Assembly: GCA_028719205.1 (NCBI GenBank)
Contig: JAQUKH010000019.1
Coordinates: forward strand, 1-50,731
DNA length: 50,731 nt
From: a bacterium
GTDB taxonomy: Bacteria; JACRDZ01; JAQUKH01
Reading direction: 5' to 3'
Shown here: positions 48,445 to 50,731 of the stretch, piece by piece
Position numbering within the stretch: position 1 is the stretch's first letter
Layout: every line of letters begins with the position of its first letter
The notes under the pieces: model-generated
The model's database searches: none
Told to the model about the DNA's origin: nothing
What the model saw: the letters and a program-made list of their open reading frames with translations, nothing else
Program-made: the position numbers and the translations under genes

Positions 48445-49461
48445 CTATCCTCGAAGGTGATAATATGTTTTATACCACTCTACAAATTTCTTAATACCAT
48501 CTTCGATCCCGGTAGACGGTTTAAAACCCGTATCCTTCATAAGATCATCCACATCCGCATATGTAACTAAAACATCCCCGGACTGCATCGGTAATAAATT
48601 TTTCTTTGTCTTTTTCCCGATACAATCCTCTAACACTTCAATAAATCTCATCAATTCGACAGGATTATTATTTCCTATATTATACAATTTATAGGGCGCG
48701 TAACTTGTTGCGGAATCAGGATTTTCACTATTCCAACCAGGATCAGGTTTGGGAATATGATCTTTTAACTTAAATATACCTTCAATAATATCATCGATAT
48801 ACGTAAAATCCCTCTTCATTTTTCCATAATTAAACACATCTATCGGCTTACCATTCAATATTGCTTCTGTAAATAGAAATAAGGCCATATCAGGCCTGCC
48901 CCATGGGCCATAAACAGTGAAAAATCTTAAACCTGTACAGGGAATATTATATAAACTTGAATAGGCATGCGCCATAAGTTCATTTGATTTTTTAGTGGCG
49001 GCGTATAGAGAAACCGGATGGTCTACATTCTGGTGGATAGAAAAAGGCATTTTGGTATTAGCCCCATAAACTGAACTTGAAGAAGCGAAAATCAAGTGCT
49101 TTATTTTATTATGCCTGCAACCTTCAAGGATATTCAGAAAACCATTTATATTGCTCTCAATATAGACATATGGATTTATCAAAGAATATCTGACACCTGC
49201 CTGGGCTGCCAGATTAATTACTATATCAAATTTTTCTTTAAGGAAAAGTTCGGCAATATCATCTTTTTCGGTAAGGTCTATTTTGAAGAATTTAAATCGA
49301 TCCTCTCCCTCAAGAAGTTTTAATCGGCCGATTTTAAGATTGACATCATAATAATCGTTAAGGTTATCAATCCCTATAACTTCTTCACCTTCATTAATAA
49401 ACCGCTTACATAGATGAAATCCTATGAAGCCTGCAGCTCCTGTAACTAATATTTTACTCAT
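48445..49461 (-). CDS. UDP-glucuronate 4-epimerase (CapI/WcaG-like)
   Basis: VTGAAGFIG, IDNLNDYYD, LAAQAGVRYS, ASSSSVYG, HPVSLYAATKK, RFFTVYGPWGRPDMA, RDFTYIDD. Confidence 0.92.
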   Translation of the reverse strand: MSKILVTGAAGFIGFHLCKRFINEGEEVIGIDNLNDYYDVNLKIGRLKLLEGEDRFKFFKIDLTEKDDIAELFLKEKFDIVINLAAQAGVRYSLINPYVYIESNINGFLNILEGCRHNKIKHLIFASSSSVYGANTKMPFSIHQNVDHPVSLYAATKKSNELMAHAYSSLYNIPCTGLRFFTVYGPWGRPDMALFLFTEAILNGKPIDVFNYGKMKRDFTYIDDIIEGIFKLKDHIPKPDPGWNSENPDSATSYAPYKLYNIGNNNPVELMRFIEVLEDCIGKKTKKNLLPMQSGDVLVTYADVDDLMKDTGFKPSTGIEDGIKKFVEWYKTYYHLRG

Positions 49462-49481
49462 GATATTTAAACAAAATAATC

Positions 49482-49982
49482 TTATTTTTTAATATATCTT
49501 ATTAACTCCCGAACTACCCCCGACCCGCCATTCACATCAATAATAAATGTTACTATTTCTTTTATTTCCTCATAAGCATCCGCGGGACAAATAGGATAAC
49601 CAACTATCTTCATCGGTTCAAGGTCATTTATATCATTGCCTATATAAACTACATTTTTCAAAGAGATATTCTTTTTTATACAATAATTTATAAGCTCCTT
49701 TTTCTTATCATCAATCCCTCTTATCGCAAGGATACCTAATTTATTCGCTCTGGCTTCAACTACCTTGTTTCTTTCCTTTGACAATATGATCTGATCAATA
49801 CCCATCTTTTTTATCATCCCTATCGCAAGGCCATCCGAACGGTTAAATGAAACACTTTCCAGCCCATCCTCCCTGAGAATAACTTTATTATCCGTTAACA
49901 CACCATCACAATCATAGACCACTAATCTAATATTTTTTAACTCTATATTTTTTTTACTTTTTTTAATAATCTTTTTTCTCAT
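49482..49982 (-). CDS. kdsC: KdsC-like HAD phosphatase
   Basis: DCDGVLTD, DG, GND.ND, GG.G.VRE; directly follows kdsD. Confidence 0.78.
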   Translation of the reverse strand: MRKKIIKKSKKNIELKNIRLVVYDCDGVLTDNKVILREDGLESVSFNRSDGLAIGMIKKMGIDQIILSKERNKVVEARANKLGILAIRGIDDKKKELINYCIKKNISLKNVVYIGNDINDLEPMKIVGYPICPADAYEEIKEIVTFIIDVNGGSGVVRELIRYIKK

Positions 49983-49984
49983 AA

Positions 49985-50731
49985 TTATAAACCTATATTT
50001 ATTAAATCATGCATTCTTACCACACCAACAACTATTTTTTTCCGGTTAATTACCGGTAAGACAGTTATAGGTTTTTCCCTATCTTTCATCTTCTTTAAAG
50101 CATCAAAAGCCTTTTCATCACTATAAATAAAAATTGGAGATTTATTCATGATATCTTTTATTTTTAATCCAAAAATATTCTCTTTTTTTATCAGTTTTTT
50201 CCTAATATCATAATCCGTAATTAATCCGGCCAATTTTCCCTTTTTGTCAATTACAGAAACTACCCCTGCTTTTTTCTCAGTAATAACCAGAAGCATATTT
50301 TTTGCATTGTCAGAAATGCTGATCAACGGATTATCTTCTCCCTTTAACATAACATCTTCAACCGTAAGACTGAGCCTCTTCCCTAACCTTCCGCCAGGAT
50401 GGAACAGTGCAAAATCCTCCACTTTAAAGTTTCGCATTTTCATTAAAACTATTGCCAATGCATCCCCAACAGCGATCGAATTAATAACACTGGATGTGGG
50501 CGCGAGATTAAACGGGCATGCTTCTTTGATCTCTCCCATATTAAGAACAATATCCGCGGCCTTCGCGAGCCTGGAATCGTCATTAGAAGTTAAAACAATT
50601 AATTGGACCTTGATTTTTTTAAAGGCTGGAAAGAGGCTAGTAAGCTCCGAACTTTCTCCGCTTTTACCAATTGCTAAAATGATATCCCCTTTGGAGATAA
50701 TTCCCAGATCTCCATGCATGGCCTCGGCAGG
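49985..50731 (-). CDS. kdsD: Arabinose 5-phosphate isomerase (KdsD/KpsF/GutQ), 5' end outside the window
   Basis: The frame stays open to the edge (PAEAMHGDLG); SGE, EACP..LAPT.S, GDALA, F...HPGG.LG and a CBS pair. Confidence 0.92.
   Translation of the reverse strand, partial: PAEAMHGDLGIISKGDIILAIGKSGESSELTSLFPAFKKIKVQLIVLTSNDDSRLAKAADIVLNMGEIKEACPFNLAPTSSVINSIAVGDALAIVLMKMRNFKVEDFALFHPGGRLGKRLSLTVEDVMLKGEDNPLISISDNAKNMLLVITEKKAGVVSVIDKKGKLAGLITDYDIRKKLIKKENIFGLKIKDIMNKSPIFIYSDEKAFDALKKMKDREKPITVLPVINRKKIVVGVVRMHDLINIGL

Noticed and set aside
598-49323. All plus-strand ORFs in the track (60-150 aa)
   Set aside because: They lie antisense to well-supported minus-strand genes, show no recognisable motifs and have the composition of shadow frames.
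36168-49461. Secreted antibiotic (aminoglycoside or phosphoglycolipid) gene cluster
   Set aside because: Despite similar enzyme families there is no prenyltransferase, cyclitol synthase, resistance gene, regulator or exporter, and the block is continuous with kds, wzx and wzy genes.
49482-49982. GND rather than GDD in the last HAD motif as evidence for a nonulosonate-9-phosphate phosphatase
   Set aside because: A single-residue difference is not diagnostic, and adjacency to kdsD favours Kdo-8-phosphate as substrate.
1-50731. A/T homopolymers of 8-9 nt as phase-variation sites
   Set aside because: Expected from Lys/Phe-rich codons in an AT-rich genome, and no gene is frameshifted at them.

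Overview
The whole 50.7-kb window is one AT-rich (roughly one-third GC by eye), uninterrupted minus-strand gene run of about 47 genes from a bacterial cell-envelope glycan (LPS O-antigen-like) biosynthesis locus, cut at both window edges. In transcription order (right to left): kdsD (partial) and a KdsC-like phosphatase; UDP-GlcA 4-epimerase, AsnB-type amidotransferase, B12-binding radical SAM, class I methyltransferase, polyprenol-phosphate-type GT2, large GT-C-like membrane protein and GT4; a stand-alone TPP-dependent E1 alpha/beta pair, DegT aminotransferase and SPASM/twitch radical SAM; a complete GDP-linked CMP-legionaminic acid pathway; a second B12 radical SAM, Wzx, a nonulosonate transferase and Wzy; a duplicated GT4-GNAT module with an atypical DegT-like enzyme and a NodB deacetylase; a WbpM/PglF-type dehydratase, WbuB-type GT4 and UDP-L-QuiNAc-type trio; a third B12 radical SAM and WaaL-like ligase; manC, rmlA, rmlC, rmlB (no adjacent rmlD), GT2, gmhA, uxs, ugd, a SemiSWEET, and the start of a transaldolase. 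The most notable feature is the density of tailoring chemistry normally seen in antibiotic sugar pathways: three cobalamin-binding radical SAMs, one SPASM-type radical SAM, an E2-less TPP pair and an amidotransferase. This suggests an unusually modified, possibly undescribed surface glycan (inference only). Features missed by the ORF track include a 241-bp near-identical tract shared by two GT4 paralogues, a relic lhgO-like gene end, an in-frame heptamer repeat inside manC, a REP-like hairpin, a 6-codon mini-ORF before gmhA, and patchy CGCG over-representation. All functional calls come from motif recognition, not database searches. No rRNA, tRNA, CRISPR array or transposase was seen.
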